Made by a program: the position numbers and the translations under genes. Below are positions 44,237 to 56,578 of a DNA stretch of 64,000 nt, one piece after another. Each line of letters begins with the position of its first letter. Within the stretch, counting starts at the first letter, position 1. The stretch is from Dudresnaya verticillata. Taxonomy: Eukaryota. The stretch is taken from assembly GCA_977862235.1 (NCBI GenBank), contig OZ374566.1, positions 744,001 through 808,000 on the forward strand. The letters are read 5' to 3'. The notes beneath the pieces were generated by a model. The model was not told the origin of the DNA, did no database searches, and saw only the letters and a list, made by a program, of their open reading frames with translations.

Positions 44237-44895
44237 GGTGCCTTACAGGTCGCGCTGCATGGGGCTGTGGGCGCCTTGGCTGTGTTGGGCGGTTCCTGCA
44301 GCGACGGACGCGGAGGAGGAAAGGACAGAGGAATGGGACGGAGGAACGGGGAACGGGATTGAAGTGGGACGGGACCGGGGCGGCAGGAATGCGGATCAAC
44401 TCGACTGCCACGTCTGTAAGTCCACAATGTGGACTCGATCTTCAATGATACAGTATTGCCAAATTTGGCGAACTACCGATTGATCGTTTTGGGTGTCGCG
44501 GCTGGCAGGGACAGACAGTCTGTGGGGACGATGTTCGGCTTCTCTCCCCTGTCAACTGACACTCCGTATGGCAAGTCTGGACGCGATTGCGGGCTCCTAA
44601 AAGGCGTCTCTACACATTGAAGCCTTGTTCGCAAACGAGATACCCGAGAGTCTGGGATAAATGCCTACAGTGGAGAAGCTGCCAAGAAATCCGGCAAGGC
44701 AGCAGGCGCCAAAAGTCTTGATGTACGCCCACTGTTGGCGACTGTACGAGCAGAGCCGAAAAATGTGTCTCTTTAGTCTGCCCGATACAGCGCAGAAGTT
44801 AAGGGAGTTATAGGGGCTGACAATGACCTAGCCCATCCTACGAACGCAGCTTTACAGACCTGAGCTCCTTGAAATACCTGCTGAGGGCACCGCAA

Positions 44896-46737
44896 TTACT
44901 CCAACTCTATGTCACCCTTCGGCTTCATTGCAGGGAACAGCAACACCTCCTTGATGGAATAGTTATCCGTGAGCATCATGGAAAGTCGATCAATACCAAG
45001 ACCCCATCCGGCAGTAGGTGGCAGACCATACTCAAGCGCGATGCAAAAGTCCTCGTCGTGAAGCATTGCTTCCTCATCACCTGAAGTCACATCCTTCTGC
45101 GTTGAGCGGAAGCGCTCCCGCTGCACCTCCGGGTCGTTCAGCTCTGTGTACGCGTTGCACAACTCCTTCCCATTCGCGAACAATTCAAACCGCTCGGTCA
45201 TTCCCGGCAAAGAGCGGTGCCACTTCGCCAGCGGCGACATGATCTGGGGGTGATCACAAATGAACGTTGGATTAATACATTCAGGCTCGATATACTCGCC
45301 CACGAGTGAATCCAAGAGGCGCGCCGTCGTACGCGGTTCCTCGCAGTCGAGGTCAAGGCGTGTGTGCAGTTCATCCAAAAACTGCCGCGTCGTTTCAGCT
45401 TCCATGTCCGTTGGGATCGCAAAACTAGGGTCGTCCAGGACAATGCGCAGCCTCTCCTCGAGTCCTGAAACCATAGAGATTCTCTTGAACGGAGGAGAAA
45501 AGTCTATCTGCACCGCACGCCCACCCTTCCCGTCTGGGTGGTATGTAATGACATGGCTGCCAGTGACCGCTTTCACCAAACTTGAGAGCATTTCTTCTGT
45601 GATGTCCATCAAGTCGGAGTAGTCCAGATAAGCTGCGTAGAACTCGCATGCAGTAAACTCAGGGTTGTGCGTGAGATCAATGGACTCGTTCCTAAAGTTG
45701 CGACCAATCTCATACACGCGATCTAGTCCACCGATGACAAGCATCTTAAGGTATAATTCAGGCGCAACACGCATGTACATGGTGGTCTTTAGATCCTCAT
45801 GAAAGGTCTTGAAAGGCTTAGCCGTAGCGCCACCAGGGATCGCACTCATCATTGGGGTCTCGACCTCCAAAAAATTTCTGTCATCCAGGAAGCGCCGAAT
45901 AAACTTGACGATATTGCTTCTCCTGATGAAGATATCACGGTTGGGCTGATTGACGATCAGATCCAGATATCTCTGCCTGAAGCGGACTTCCGTATCTGCG
46001 AGGCCCTGCTCCAGCTTCGGAAGCATGTGCAAACACGAGGAAAGTAGAGTAACCTCACTCGCGAAAATGCTAAATTCTCCCTTCCGCGACTTGCCAGGAC
46101 AGCCCTTCACGCCGACAATGTCTCCACGTCGCAGCCCAGAGTGATCTTGCAAGAATGACGGACCACCCTTCTTCGCGTCAGCAATAATCTGAACCTTAAC
46201 ACCGTCCCCGCGTAGATCATAAAACACAAGCCTATTCCCCGCAGCCCTCTTCGAGTACAACCTTCCCGCAAGCGACACGACCGGCTCCTCGAGCTGCTGC
46301 CCCGCCTCAACCCTGCTCGCGAACTTGGCGACAAACTCTGGAATGCTCATCGAGACGGCAAACTTGTGCGGGTATGCGTTGCCACCCGCATCCTTGACTG
46401 CTCTCACGGCAGCCTTGCGGTTGGCGATGTACTGCGACGGGTCGAGGTTCTCTCCAGCGTCGGCAAGAGCGGCCTGCGCGGCGGCAGCGGCGGCCTGCTC
46501 CGGGGTGGCGGACGCGGCGCGGGCAGCTGCAGCGGCGGCCTTGGCCACTGCCTTCTCGACGGCCTCGGCGGCCTTGCGATGCGCCTTCTGGCGGCGCTTG
46601 AGCTCGTTCTTGCTCAGGCCCGGTGCGGCGGCTGCCGCGGCTGCGGCCGCTACCGCGTCCAGCAACTCCTGCGGTGCTGATGGGGCAGCCACGTCCATCT
46701 GTGCTACGCCGTTCGTCGCGGCGGCCAGATCGCTCAT
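44896..46737 (-). CDS. KARS: Cytosolic class II lysyl-tRNA synthetase
   Basis: [15 protein letters not shown] fold, [59 protein letters not shown]. Start ATG 46737. Confidence 0.96.
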   Translation of the reverse strand: MSDLAAATNGVAQMDVAAPSAPQELLDAVAAAAAAAAAPGLSKNELKRRQKAHRKAAEAVEKAVAKAAAAAARAASATPEQAAAAAAQAALADAGENLDPSQYIANRKAAVRAVKDAGGNAYPHKFAVSMSIPEFVAKFASRVEAGQQLEEPVVSLAGRLYSKRAAGNRLVFYDLRGDGVKVQIIADAKKGGPSFLQDHSGLRRGDIVGVKGCPGKSRKGEFSIFASEVTLLSSCLHMLPKLEQGLADTEVRFRQRYLDLIVNQPNRDIFIRRSNIVKFIRRFLDDRNFLEVETPMMSAIPGGATAKPFKTFHEDLKTTMYMRVAPELYLKMLVIGGLDRVYEIGRNFRNESIDLTHNPEFTACEFYAAYLDYSDLMDITEEMLSSLVKAVTGSHVITYHPDGKGGRAVQIDFSPPFKRISMVSGLEERLRIVLDDPSFAIPTDMEAETTRQFLDELHTRLDLDCEEPRTTARLLDSLVGEYIEPECINPTFICDHPQIMSPLAKWHRSLPGMTERFELFANGKELCNAYTELNDPEVQRERFRSTQKDVTSGDEEAMLHDEDFCIALEYGLPPTAGWGLGIDRLSMMLTDNYSIKEVLLFPAMKPKGDIELE

Positions 46738-47686
46738 GCTGTGAGGATGGCGCAGTGCTCTTAGCGGAGGCGTGAGTAGACGGCGTGCACGAGACGAAGA
46801 TGAGCAGCTGATGCTGGCTGCGCTGTCGCAGGGGCTGAGAGGGATCAACGGGACATCGCCGGCGACACAGCGCGGGGATGTCACGGCATGGCATGACAGC
46901 GATGCGTTACGCAGTGGAGAGTTTTGATGGTGACAAATCTTTTTTTTATTAGTTTTTGGGACGCGCCGAATGTTCACTTTTGTGACTTTCTCGGCGAAGC
47001 TGTGGGTGGTGTCTACCAAAGTCAGTCGGCAGCGTTTTGCTTCGCTCCAAGAAGTACAGGCGTGGTGAAGACAACAAATGTAGTGCCCGTCGGCAGCGTC
47101 CAAGGCACTCTCGCAGCTATGAAGAAACAGTTCTCGGCGCTCAGAATCCCCTCTGAACATTTTCGGCACCTGCGCAAGAATCTCATCTTCTCCTGTATTT
47201 CAGACGCTAGAAGCTTACCCACAGCCTTCGGCTTTTTCTGACTTGTTCATGAGCTCATATTTTCCCGCATTGTCTTGATTGCTCGTAGACTGTGCAGTTT
47301 CATGAGCACTCGTTCGACGATGATGCCATGAATGTGCTTCAGAAGGCAGATAAACCTCTACTCCGACACTGCCTGCGCTGCAATCCCAGTGCATTCCCCA
47401 TGCAACCTCAGCAAAACAATTGGGAAACCATATCGTACTTGTCTTCGCACTTTATAGGCTAGCAAACTTATAGTATACACTAAGAGAACCTCCAACACCT
47501 CTGCGAAAGATCCTTTTTCCCCTAGGCTTGAATAGAAACCATCAAAATTGCCCATTTCAAAGGGTTCAGAACGGGTCGCAGTTCTGAAGTGCGAATCCAG
47601 CAACCATCATATCTATGTCGTACTCAAGCGCATTACGCAGGCTGTCTATCTTCCACGCTCTCCTGAGACCGAACAACGCGGAAGTC

Positions 47687-48415
47687 TCACAGCTTCTCCT
47701 TAAAAATAGGTTGTGATGAGTGATGTGTCAGGTACCACTGCGAGTTATGCTTGACATAAATATTTGTCGCGACCATGACCGCGCTAGCTGCGCCCTGCTC
47801 CAACTCCTCCTGCGTAGGGTCGACCTTATTACCCTTTTGGTCGTAAAACTGCGCATGCTCCTCACATGTGACCCAAGCAGCAGAACCCCGCATCATGATA
47901 CGCACATTTTGCACGGTAAGCGTGGGGACTCCCATGGAGAACAGGTACCCAAAGCTGTTGATAACGTCCACATACCCAGTGACGAGCGGGCCAAGCGGGT
48001 GCTTGCACGTAACGCCATGGTCCTGCAGCCAGCAGCCAGCCATGTCGACGATGGAGCCTGCATCGAACGCGCGGTAGAACTTGAGGTTTGCCGAGAGCAC
48101 GGAAACGTACGACCCCGACTGCAGGCGCAGGATCTGGTCGCGCAGCTCGGACGCGGCCGAGAAGTCCTCCGTCGACAATGCGGCGTCCAGACGGTTCTCC
48201 AGCGTCTCCAGCTGCTCGTCCCGCGCCACGTCCACATCGATGGGCCCGCGCTTCCACTCCGGCGACTCGACGCAGCAGCGCGTTGCTGCGCGCGCGCGCG
48301 CGCTGCCGGCTCGTAATGGCCGCTGCGAGGAGCCGCAGACCCACGAGCTTTGCGCGGCCACTGAACGCGGCTGGAACGCTAGGGAAGACACGAACGAGAC
48401 GAATACTGATGACAT
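47687..48415 (-). CDS. Plastid-targeted UVR-motif + SnoaL-like (NTF2) domain protein
   Basis: Transit peptide MSSVFVSFV...; LDAALSTEDFSAASELRD (UVR); ANLKFYRAF..W..CKHP..AWVTCEE..ATNIY..W..THHSS. Confidence 0.82.
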   Translation of the reverse strand: MSSVFVSFVSSLAFQPRSVAAQSSWVCGSSQRPLRAGSARARAATRCCVESPEWKRGPIDVDVARDEQLETLENRLDAALSTEDFSAASELRDQILRLQSGSYVSVLSANLKFYRAFDAGSIVDMAGCWLQDHGVTCKHPLGPLVTGYVDVINSFGYLFSMGVPTLTVQNVRIMMRGSAAWVTCEEHAQFYDQKGNKVDPTQEELEQGAASAVMVATNIYVKHNSQWYLTHHSSQPIFKEKL

Positions 48416-48939
48416 GGCGGTGGGTTTTTGTTTTTTGCGGGGGTGACGGCGGTGTTTACCAGTGGGAAGCAGTAGGTACGGCGAGAGCGGCGGTACGGTA
48501 TTAGTAGCAAGAGCACCAATTCGGACAGGTGGTGGCGCGGACGGGCGGACGGGCAATGACGACAGGTGGTGGGGAGCAGAAGCAGGGACGTGTGGCAATG
48601 ACGCACGTGGGGTGGTGGTGGCGGTGGAAGAAGCGGAATAAGGAGCGCAAGTGGCGAAGGTAGCGCGGGCACACCAATGGGGACCAATTTGCAAGGCATG
48701 GCGTGGCATGCCGCGTACGCACGTGGCGATAGGTTTGCGGTGCTCCCCGCCATCGATATCTCAACCGACGTCGCTGCATCCGCACATGCAAATTTTCTTC
48801 CGAATTTCAAGTTCCGTAGAAACGCCGCCAGCAACGCCTGCCAGACCGCCTGCTGGAACCACCCCGCTAGCCGCAGCGCGCCTGGATCGCGTGGTGTATC
48901 TGTTAGTCCCCATCACCACCAGTGCAGCCCATGCCCCGA

Positions 48940-48977
48940 CCCCGCCCCCGCCCCCGCCCCCGCCCCCGCCCCCGCCC
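48940..48977 (+). repeat. (CCCCCG)n hexamer repeat just upstream of the PUX1 start
   Basis: About 6 units of CCCCCG; G-rich (G4-capable) on the minus strand. Confidence 0.85.
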
Positions 48978-49010
48978 ACTCGCTCGCCCACCCCCTCGCC
49001 CGCCGCGCCC

Positions 49011-49763
49011 ATGGACCCGTCCGCCTCCACCCCTGCCCCCACCCCCACCCCCGCCGCCGTTTCGCCACCGCAAGACGCCAAAGCGCCGGCGCCCCCGAAG
49101 CGCCGACCGGAGGACGTGGCGCGCGAGGTGCTGGAGTCGCGGTCCGTGCGAGTCTTCCGGCCGAGCCACGAGCGGTTCGATCCGCGCCGCGTCGAGTTGC
49201 CGGATGACTTCTTCGACCCCACGGCGGAGGAGCTTTCTGCCGCGATCGGCACCATGTCGTCCGGTGCGCAGCGCGTGGCCGACGCCCCGCTCATGACGAA
49301 GAAGATGCGCGACGCCGCCGCGGCAAAGCGCATGAGCCGCTTCCGCAGGGTCCTCATCCGCCTGCTCCTTCCCGACCGCGTTGCCGTGCAGGGAATTTTC
49401 GAGCCGGCCAGCACCGTGCGCCACGTCCAGCGCTTTGTGCGCGCTGCGCTGCGCGACGCGCGCAACGTCCGCTTTCACCTCTTTGTGGTTCCGCCGAAGA
49501 TGAAGCTCACGCAGCTCGATGCCACCCTGTGGAGCCAGGGGCTTGTTCCAGCTGCGCTCGTGCATGTCGGTATTGAGGAGGGTCCTACGGACAGCCGAGA
49601 GCTATTGAAGGACTCGTTATTGGAGATCATGGAGGATACGCCTGCGCTTGCCGCCCCACCGCCACCGCCAGTTGCCGCTGTGCCAGAAAGTAAGCCGGAA
49701 CCGGAGGCTGCGAAGCCGACGAAAAAGTTGGGGAAGAAACTTCCAAAGTGGTTCAAAAAGTAG
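49011..49763 (+). CDS. PUX1: UBX-domain Cdc48/p97 regulator, PUX1/ASPL-like
   Basis: ELPDDFFDPTAEE, LMTKKMR, IRLLLPD..QGIF.P, FHLF..PP, GLVPAALV, C-terminal KLPKWFK. Confidence 0.82.
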   Translation: MDPSASTPAPTPTPAAVSPPQDAKAPAPPKRRPEDVAREVLESRSVRVFRPSHERFDPRRVELPDDFFDPTAEELSAAIGTMSSGAQRVADAPLMTKKMRDAAAAKRMSRFRRVLIRLLLPDRVAVQGIFEPASTVRHVQRFVRAALRDARNVRFHLFVVPPKMKLTQLDATLWSQGLVPAALVHVGIEEGPTDSRELLKDSLLEIMEDTPALAAPPPPPVAAVPESKPEPEAAKPTKKLGKKLPKWFKK

Positions 49764-49939
49764 CTGGTAGCTATCTAGAATGCGACTACGATATGTGGAG
49801 GGCATTTTGGGCCCTAGCCTTCTGTTGGGCAACAAGCACAGGCATTTTTCTTAGCTTGCGCTGGCGACTGGGTGACGCATCAGTCACCCGAAGGCCCTGT
49901 CACACAGTTCTCTTCAGAGCACGTCGTCCCTGAGACGCC

Positions 49940-50581
49940 TCAGAAGTCCGGGGCGAGGTTCGGCGGGGTAGCACACCCATTCTTGAGCAGACAAACACGA
50001 ATCGCCTCGACGGCGTTGACAATCGCAGCCGCCTCACCATTTTTCTGTACATAAAACTTGTTCCCATACTCTGACGCGAGCACGCTCCAGAAGCGCGGAG
50101 GGAGCACCTTATCGACATCGCGTCCCACGTTAAACTTGAGCAGTTGTGCACCACCAAAATAGTCTGCGACCATCACAACCGTGTTATCGTCGACGCCCCA
50201 GTAGTCACGCACTGCTAGGCCGGGGGTCTGCGGAAAACGCTGCGTTAGTACCCGCACCTTGTACCCTGTACGACGCTCCAGCTCGGACACACGCTCGCTC
50301 AGGCGGCGCACCTCGCCGCTCGCCAGGAAGCGCTCCAGGTCAATCACCGGCGTTTGCTCGGGCGGAAGCAGATCTGGTCGGTTCACTCCTTCCTGTCGCG
50401 CATTGGCGGCCGCCGGGAGCGACAGCGCGGACAATGCTAGCAACACGAATGACCGCCGCGAGAACGTTGCGCTGGGGCCAGCGCTTCCGTGGCGACAGAT
50501 GGGGGCGGTTTGCACACCTCGCGCCCGCGATCGGGACATGCGAACGAGTGGCCCTGGTACGAAGGCGAACTGCGCGGACAT
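49940..50581 (-). CDS. Thylakoid lumen TPM-domain protein (15 kDa protein 2-like)
   Basis: Bipartite leader MSAQFAFVP...SRRSF-hydrophobic-ANA (Tat); RQEGVNRPDLLP..TPVIDL..TGYKVRVLTQ..PGLAVRDYWGVDD..FNVG..YGNKFY. Confidence 0.88.
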   Translation of the reverse strand: MSAQFAFVPGPLVRMSRSRARGVQTAPICRHGSAGPSATFSRRSFVLLALSALSLPAAANARQEGVNRPDLLPPEQTPVIDLERFLASGEVRRLSERVSELERRTGYKVRVLTQRFPQTPGLAVRDYWGVDDNTVVMVADYFGGAQLLKFNVGRDVDKVLPPRFWSVLASEYGNKFYVQKNGEAAAIVNAVEAIRVCLLKNGCATPPNLAPDF

Positions 50582-51036
50582 TGCACTGGGCTGGTGGATG
50601 GGGGCGGGGCAGCTCGCGAAGCCTGATGCGGGAGAGCAAGGAAGCAGGGTGAATAGGATACACGCAACGATGTTCGGGAGAGGGGATCTCCGTGGAGCAC
50701 CACCTGTGGACGGCATTGCTGGGCGTGTATGTCTGGCGACAATGCGATCCCGATTTTGAAAGCTAATCGCGATTTGTGTGAAAGAGCTGACATCGCTGAC
50801 TCGAACTCGTCAGTGCGTAAGCGAAAAGAAGATTCCGTTGAGATTTTCCCAAAAAAACCACCCGACCAATTAGATTGCACTTTGTCCACGTGTCCACCTG
50901 TAATGCCTTTACGTCACCGACCGCGCCACCCTCCAACGCACCCTTGGATCGCGCTCGTCCCTGCATACCCCACCCGCTCAATCCACCACTTCACACCCCC
51001 GCCGAGTCTCGCTCTCGACACGCCTTATCACTCACG

Positions 51037-52368
51037 ATGGCAAGCCTTGCGCTACAAACAAGCCTGCGCATCTCGCGCCGCGCGGCAACGAAGAGCACCG
51101 TACTGCGCGCTGCAGCACAGACGCGCCATTTGAACCTGCACGAGTACCAAAGCCAGGACCTAATGCGCTCGTCCGGCATCTCCGTGCCCCGTGGGTACGA
51201 TGTCGATACCTACGCCAAAGCCTTGTCCGCCGCCGAGGAGATCGCCTCCACGGGCTCCGACATCGTCGTCAAGGCCCAGGTCCTCGCCGGCGGCCGCGGA
51301 CTCGGCACATTCAAGAACGGGTTCAAGGGCGGTGTTCACATCTGCTACACCCCGTCTGCGGCCGCCGACGTCGCTGAGAAAATGATCGGCGAGCACCTCG
51401 TTACGAAGCAGACGGGCGATGCGGGACGGCTCTGCTCGAAGGCTCTTGTTACCGAGCGCCTTTATCTGCGCCGGGAGATGTACTTTGCTATCACCTACGA
51501 CCGCGCTAGTCAGGGACCGGTTATTGTCGCCAGCCGTGTGGGTGGCACATCGATCGAGGATATCGCCGCGGCGGATCCGACGGCTATCACGAAAATCCCC
51601 GTTGACGTCCGGAAGGGGCTTTCACAGGAGGATGCCGAGCTCTGCGCCAAGGCGCTTGGCTTTGAGGAACCGGAGCAGATGGCTAAGGCCGTGGGCCAGG
51701 TGCAGCGCCTATTCCAACTGTTCACAGAGAAGGATGCGACGTTGGTGGAGATCAACCCACTAGCAGAGACGAGGGACGGTGACGTCGTGTGTATCGACGC
51801 AAAGATTAACTTTGATGACAACGCGGAGTTCAGACACGCGGACATTTTTGAAAAGAGAGACACAAGCCAGGAAGACCCACGCGAGGTCCGCGCTTCGAAG
51901 CATGACCTCAACTACATTGGGCTGGACGGCAATATCGGCTGCCTGGTCAATGGTGCAGGGCTCGCTATGGCGACTATGGACATCATCAAACTGCACGGTG
52001 GTGAACCAGCAAACTTTTTGGATGTGGGCGGTAGCGCCACAGAAACTCAGGTCACGGAGGCATTCACCATTCTTAATGATGATCCTAATGTGGAAGCAAT
52101 TCTTGTTAACATCTTTGGAGGCATCATGCGCTGCGACGTCATTGCACAGGGTATCATCAACGCAGCAGAGAAGCTTGACATGCGAGTGCCGGTCATTGTC
52201 CGCCTTCAAGGAAATAAGGTCGACGAGGCCAAGAAGCTCATACAGAACAGCGGGCTCAAGCTCGTCACTTCTGATGATCTGGATCTGGCTGCCATGAAGG
52301 CGTGCAAGCTTGCCGAGATTGTCAAGCTCGCCAATTCGGTCAATGTCAAAGTCAGCTTCCAATCGTAG
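51037..52368 (+). CDS. sucC: Mitochondrial succinyl-CoA ligase beta subunit
   Basis: Presequence, then RHLNLHEYQS, KAQVLAGGRG, EINPL, DAKINFDDNAEFR, CLVNGAGLAMATMDII, ANFLDVGG, NIFGGIMRCD. Confidence 0.96.
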   Translation: MASLALQTSLRISRRAATKSTVLRAAAQTRHLNLHEYQSQDLMRSSGISVPRGYDVDTYAKALSAAEEIASTGSDIVVKAQVLAGGRGLGTFKNGFKGGVHICYTPSAAADVAEKMIGEHLVTKQTGDAGRLCSKALVTERLYLRREMYFAITYDRASQGPVIVASRVGGTSIEDIAAADPTAITKIPVDVRKGLSQEDAELCAKALGFEEPEQMAKAVGQVQRLFQLFTEKDATLVEINPLAETRDGDVVCIDAKINFDDNAEFRHADIFEKRDTSQEDPREVRASKHDLNYIGLDGNIGCLVNGAGLAMATMDIIKLHGGEPANFLDVGGSATETQVTEAFTILNDDPNVEAILVNIFGGIMRCDVIAQGIINAAEKLDMRVPVIVRLQGNKVDEAKKLIQNSGLKLVTSDDLDLAAMKACKLAEIVKLANSVNVKVSFQS

Positions 52369-52456
52369 AAACTTGATCACTAACTGTAGGCCATTGTGTA
52401 CTTGAATAAACTACGTGGCGGCTAAAGAAATTCTTGCTCAAGTCTTTGGTCAAAGC

Positions 52457-52882
52457 TCAATTATCACTACCGGGCGACCTAAGAAATCGAAAACTGAATC
52501 GAGGCTTCTTCTCCTTGCCGGGATATGGAGAATGCTTTCCTGCTTCCTTCTTCGGGTTGCTCTTGTTCTTCACTTCGGGAGTAACTGTGTTCTCTTCAGA
52601 GCGTTGCAGAGCTCGCTTTTCCTTTGGTGTAAGGTAGACAGACGTCAACACCTCACCATCCTCGCACAAAGGCGCAATGAACTGCACAGCCGATGGCCTT
52701 TTCTCCAAATGCTTTCTGTACTCTCGGACTCTGGAATAGTCCCCTTCTCGCAGCCTTTCCAATAGCTCAGAGTCGCACGGCTCATGGTTTTCGGGGAGGT
52801 CGTCAAACCTTCCACCACTGGCTTTTGGGGTGTACTTAGTTGGAGTGTTCGGGATGTAGCTTCCGACGAAGTCCATTTGCAA
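52457..52882 (-). CDS. Hypothetical protein, probably the terminal exon of a spliced gene
   Basis: 141-codon hydrophilic frame converging on the sucC stop; no recognised motif; upstream exons unresolved. Confidence 0.35.
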   Translation of the reverse strand: MQMDFVGSYIPNTPTKYTPKASGGRFDDLPENHEPCDSELLERLREGDYSRVREYRKHLEKRPSAVQFIAPLCEDGEVLTSVYLTPKEKRALQRSEENTVTPEVKNKSNPKKEAGKHSPYPGKEKKPRFSFRFLRSPGSDN

Positions 52883-54103
52883 TTTCCCAGCTTTTGCAGC
52901 TGGTGAGTCGAAGAGTTGCTCGTTCTCCCGGACTTCAGCAGAGTCTTTTGCACGAGCGTGGCTTCCTCACTGGATACCCGTCGCCGCACCTGTTCTCCTT
53001 CCGCACTGGCTCACCCGATGCAGAAAAGCATTTGAGGGCTTCTCACAATTGCCATGAAATATTAGAGGAGGCATCCATTGAGGAACGGTCGTGTACTGGG
53101 ATTAAGTGGACTGCTAATTTGCAAAGACATAGAGTTGAAATGACGTATGCACAAATGCATATTGAATCAGATTCTCGGAGTAGACCTCATGCATGCTTAC
53201 CAGTCAGAAATGTCTAAGGTGGTCCTAGTACCGAACGAAAAACATGGTGACGGAATTTCTCAAGCATTCGCGGGGATTTTAGCCAACAAAGCATTGCTCT
53301 GAATAGATTCAAATTGCTTGTGTGCTTTCAAGGGATCACCAAGCACAAATTGCAAGTCCTGGTATAAGAAGTGTTCTTTTCGAACATGTGTTAAACGCCT
53401 TCCAAGGCCTTCCATTTTCCCCAAAAGAGATAAATAGATGGACAGATGTGTATATAGCAAAAACGCTGAGGTTAGCTTTTTAATCAGAGACCTGAGTCTC
53501 ACATCCTAATGCTCCCCTCATCCCGCGTTTTGTTGAACGGCACTTCTTGTCCAGCGAGGTTGCTTTCCATGTCACGTGGAGTTCCGCTCACTCGATCATC
53601 CAACATCTTCAAGACACTTGGAGGCGTTTTCAAAAGTGCCTCAAAAGCCCCTACATCCTCAACGGCAACAGCTGCAACAACCAAAGAGGTCTTGCTGCCA
53701 CAATTACAACATGCAATTACATTATGTCCCAATTACTTGACAAAGCATCCCATTATTATCGACAAAAGCCCAATCCCGACGAAACCGCAATTACAACTTT
53801 CACCCCACAACGCGTTGTGTATGCGCAGTGTGTGACTGTCCGTGTGACCCTCGTTTCGCGTCACCCGCAGCTCCGTTTGAACGCCTTTTGATGCGCGTGT
53901 TCCCGCCAGAAGCAACAGCTCGCGCCCGCCGCGCGAAACGATCACGACTCGTTTGGCGAGCCGACACGCCAGTCGGCGTCCGACCGACGAGCTCTACGCG
54001 GCCTTGATGCCGCCCAAGAGAGGTCAGTAACGCTTGCTTGCGCGCCGATCACCGTCTACGCATCGCTCTCCCATGCCCCCGCACCGATAGCTGTCCTCGC
54101 AAC

Positions 54104-54568
54104 ATGACCACGGCTGCCGAAGACAAGCTCGATGCCCCGCCGTCCGAGCCGCCGGCGAAGCGTCGCCGCGGCGGCCGTCGCTCCATGAACCCCGACATAT
54201 CCCAGGAGGAACGCAAGCGCCTTCGCGTCCTCAAGAACCGCGAGAGCGCTATGCGCAGCCTTGCGAAGAAGGCAGAGTACTCCGCCAAGCTTGAGGCTGA
54301 GGAGAAAGAGGTCGTGTCCGACTACAAGTTGAAGTGCGAGGGCCTAGAAAGACTCCTCGACACAGCAATTGGTCTCAGAACCGCGCTTGACAAGGTACCG
54401 GAACAAGTCCCGAAGCTCATAGCCGATGCGGAAGCTTGTATAAACAAAGCCACTATTGTTCTTGCTGACGATGACAACCAGCCGCAACAACACAGCGCCT
54501 CGCAATCTGCACCGCCAGATTCTGCACCAGATGCCGCAATTAATGGCGAAGAGAAGGAGGTCAAGTGA
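54104..54568 (+). CDS. bZIP transcription factor (atypical basic region)
   Basis: PAKRRR NLS; ERKRLRVLKNRESAMRSLAKKAEY..KLE followed by heptad repeats. Start ATG 54104. Confidence 0.85.
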   Translation: MTTAAEDKLDAPPSEPPAKRRRGGRRSMNPDISQEERKRLRVLKNRESAMRSLAKKAEYSAKLEAEEKEVVSDYKLKCEGLERLLDTAIGLRTALDKVPEQVPKLIADAEACINKATIVLADDDNQPQQHSASQSAPPDSAPDAAINGEEKEVK

Positions 54569-56578
54569 CCTTGGAACCTGTTTCCCATCAGTTGTTTGTT
54601 TTGTTTCCCAATACTTCTTGTAACAAGTCTGTTTATAATGTCATGATTACTATGTTTTGTTACGAAGAGTTTGTAATAAACTGTCGAGCCGGCTTTACTG
54701 ACAAGCGCAGGATTGAGCAGCTGAGCAGAATGAATAATGGAGAAGGAAGAAGAGCGTTAGTATCAGATTAGTAATGGCGGACGGAGGACGTCAAAAGCCA
54801 TTTGCAGGCGCCTTGTACTGGGTCGGAAGTGAAATACGGTAGTTCTTTTGTGTTTCAGCACCATGCTTGAGCATCAACGAAAACCGCTGAGGCATAACAT
54901 TCTGCCAAATGCCATTTATTCGTCATTCCCATATCAGAGAGAATATAGGGGCAAAAAGGATCATTACTTACATGAAGGAGATCCTGCCAGCAACAGGTCT
55001 GAAACTTGCGTGAAGTTGATGAGCGCGTCAAATTCGTGCTCCACTCTTAACTTGTTGGCTCACTCCATAGCTCAGGGATACACTGAACGACGCAAGATAT
55101 GGAAGATAGCCAGAAATTGTCAGATGCTGTTGTCGTCTGCTGCTGCGACAGTTAATCCTCCAATGCATCCACTACCGTCAAGTAAACAAGTTCTTATCTT
55201 CACGCATGAAGATGACAAAAACCGTCATCCATGCACATGCGCTAAAGCTCGTCATCTAATAAAAAACTTTGAATCATCCTTCGGAAGAAGACCGCAATAC
55301 CGTATGAAGCATTGGGTGCCACTTACCTTTCCGTGATGTAAGAAATTCGCGCTCCTTCCTTCACACGAGAAACGTGGTTCGCCACTGGACGAAGTACGAA
55401 ACAAAACAGCGAGAACATGGAGCGTTAGTAATCGATATTCTGGTGCTCGGCGTTCGCTCTCTTGATAGTCTCAGGCCTATCATATCAGTCCGCAGAGCGC
55501 AGGCCCACGGTGTTCGATGCACCGCTCGAGAAGACCATACACTTGGGTTGAAAGAGGTCATCCTAGAGATCAAAAGCAACGCGCGGAGGCTTCGAAGGCA
55601 CCCCGACTGAAGACACATGCCTCCCGCTCAGGGAACACAAACGGATTGCTCACATACCTGTGTCAACGTGCTTCCGGCCAAGACAAAGCGAACGCGTTAC
55701 GCAAGAGTTAGGGCGCGCGATACTCAGGTCTGCGCGGGACATCACCTGGATCCGCGGCTCGCCGCGAAGAAAGTCTTCAAGGCTGGGGCACTGGGACGAT
55801 TCACGACTGCATTTCATCGAAAGTCATTCCACGTAGCTAGGAACCCAGATGACTGCAACGAAGACGAAGTCGCATCTTAAGCACGAAGCAGCTCGAAGCT
55901 GCCAAGCCGGTGCTGCGGACGGCGGCGGCCGATGAAACTTTTTTGAAGAACACAAAAACGCGGTTTTCGTTTAGGGCTAAAAAACTCGTAATTTTTCCGG
56001 GTATTTGTCTTGTGTATACCTTCGGTGAGCGCAAAAGATTCTAGCGGATCTTCTCGCAAACGAGGCAAATGGAGCTGCTGCACAACACCAGAGAAAGCCA
56101 AGCTTTTGAGACTTCGATTCTGGGGTCCACGCTTTAACGTGCATGTTATTAGAGTTAGTAGACTGCTTCAGTATGGAAGTGACAATGGCAGCACTTCATT
56201 GCGAGAGCTGGGATCAGTAGGCTTGCAGCAAAAATTGGGCGGGTAGCAACAAGTTTGACAGCGGCGCTTCCGTGGACGGTTGGGTGCACACTTCGATCCG
56301 TGACGGTACCTGGTGCCTCTGAGCTCACCATCTTTTCCTCTACTTCTTTCAATGTGAAGTATGCATAATAGCTGTTGGCCCTCGCAAGTCTCGACACACC
56401 ATCTTTGAGCCAAAGCGTCTACACGTACCATTTCAAGATTTCCAGCGTAGTCCTGGTCAGCATCTGTACCCGACAGTTTGGCTTTACAGTTTTGATGAGG
56501 CCTAGTGGAAGCAAATATGTGATCCGGTAGCATCTCCAAGAGAGTACTGACGTCCTTCAACAAACCCGCACTGGTCTT

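Noticed and set aside
46738..47169. 144-codon in-frame extension of LysRS as a dual-targeting isoform
   Set aside because: It runs through promoter-like T-rich sequence and does not resemble a transit peptide.
54600..56560. Short ORFs in a lower-GC gap (possible TE relics)
   Set aside because: No recognisable domain, terminal repeat or consistent frame.
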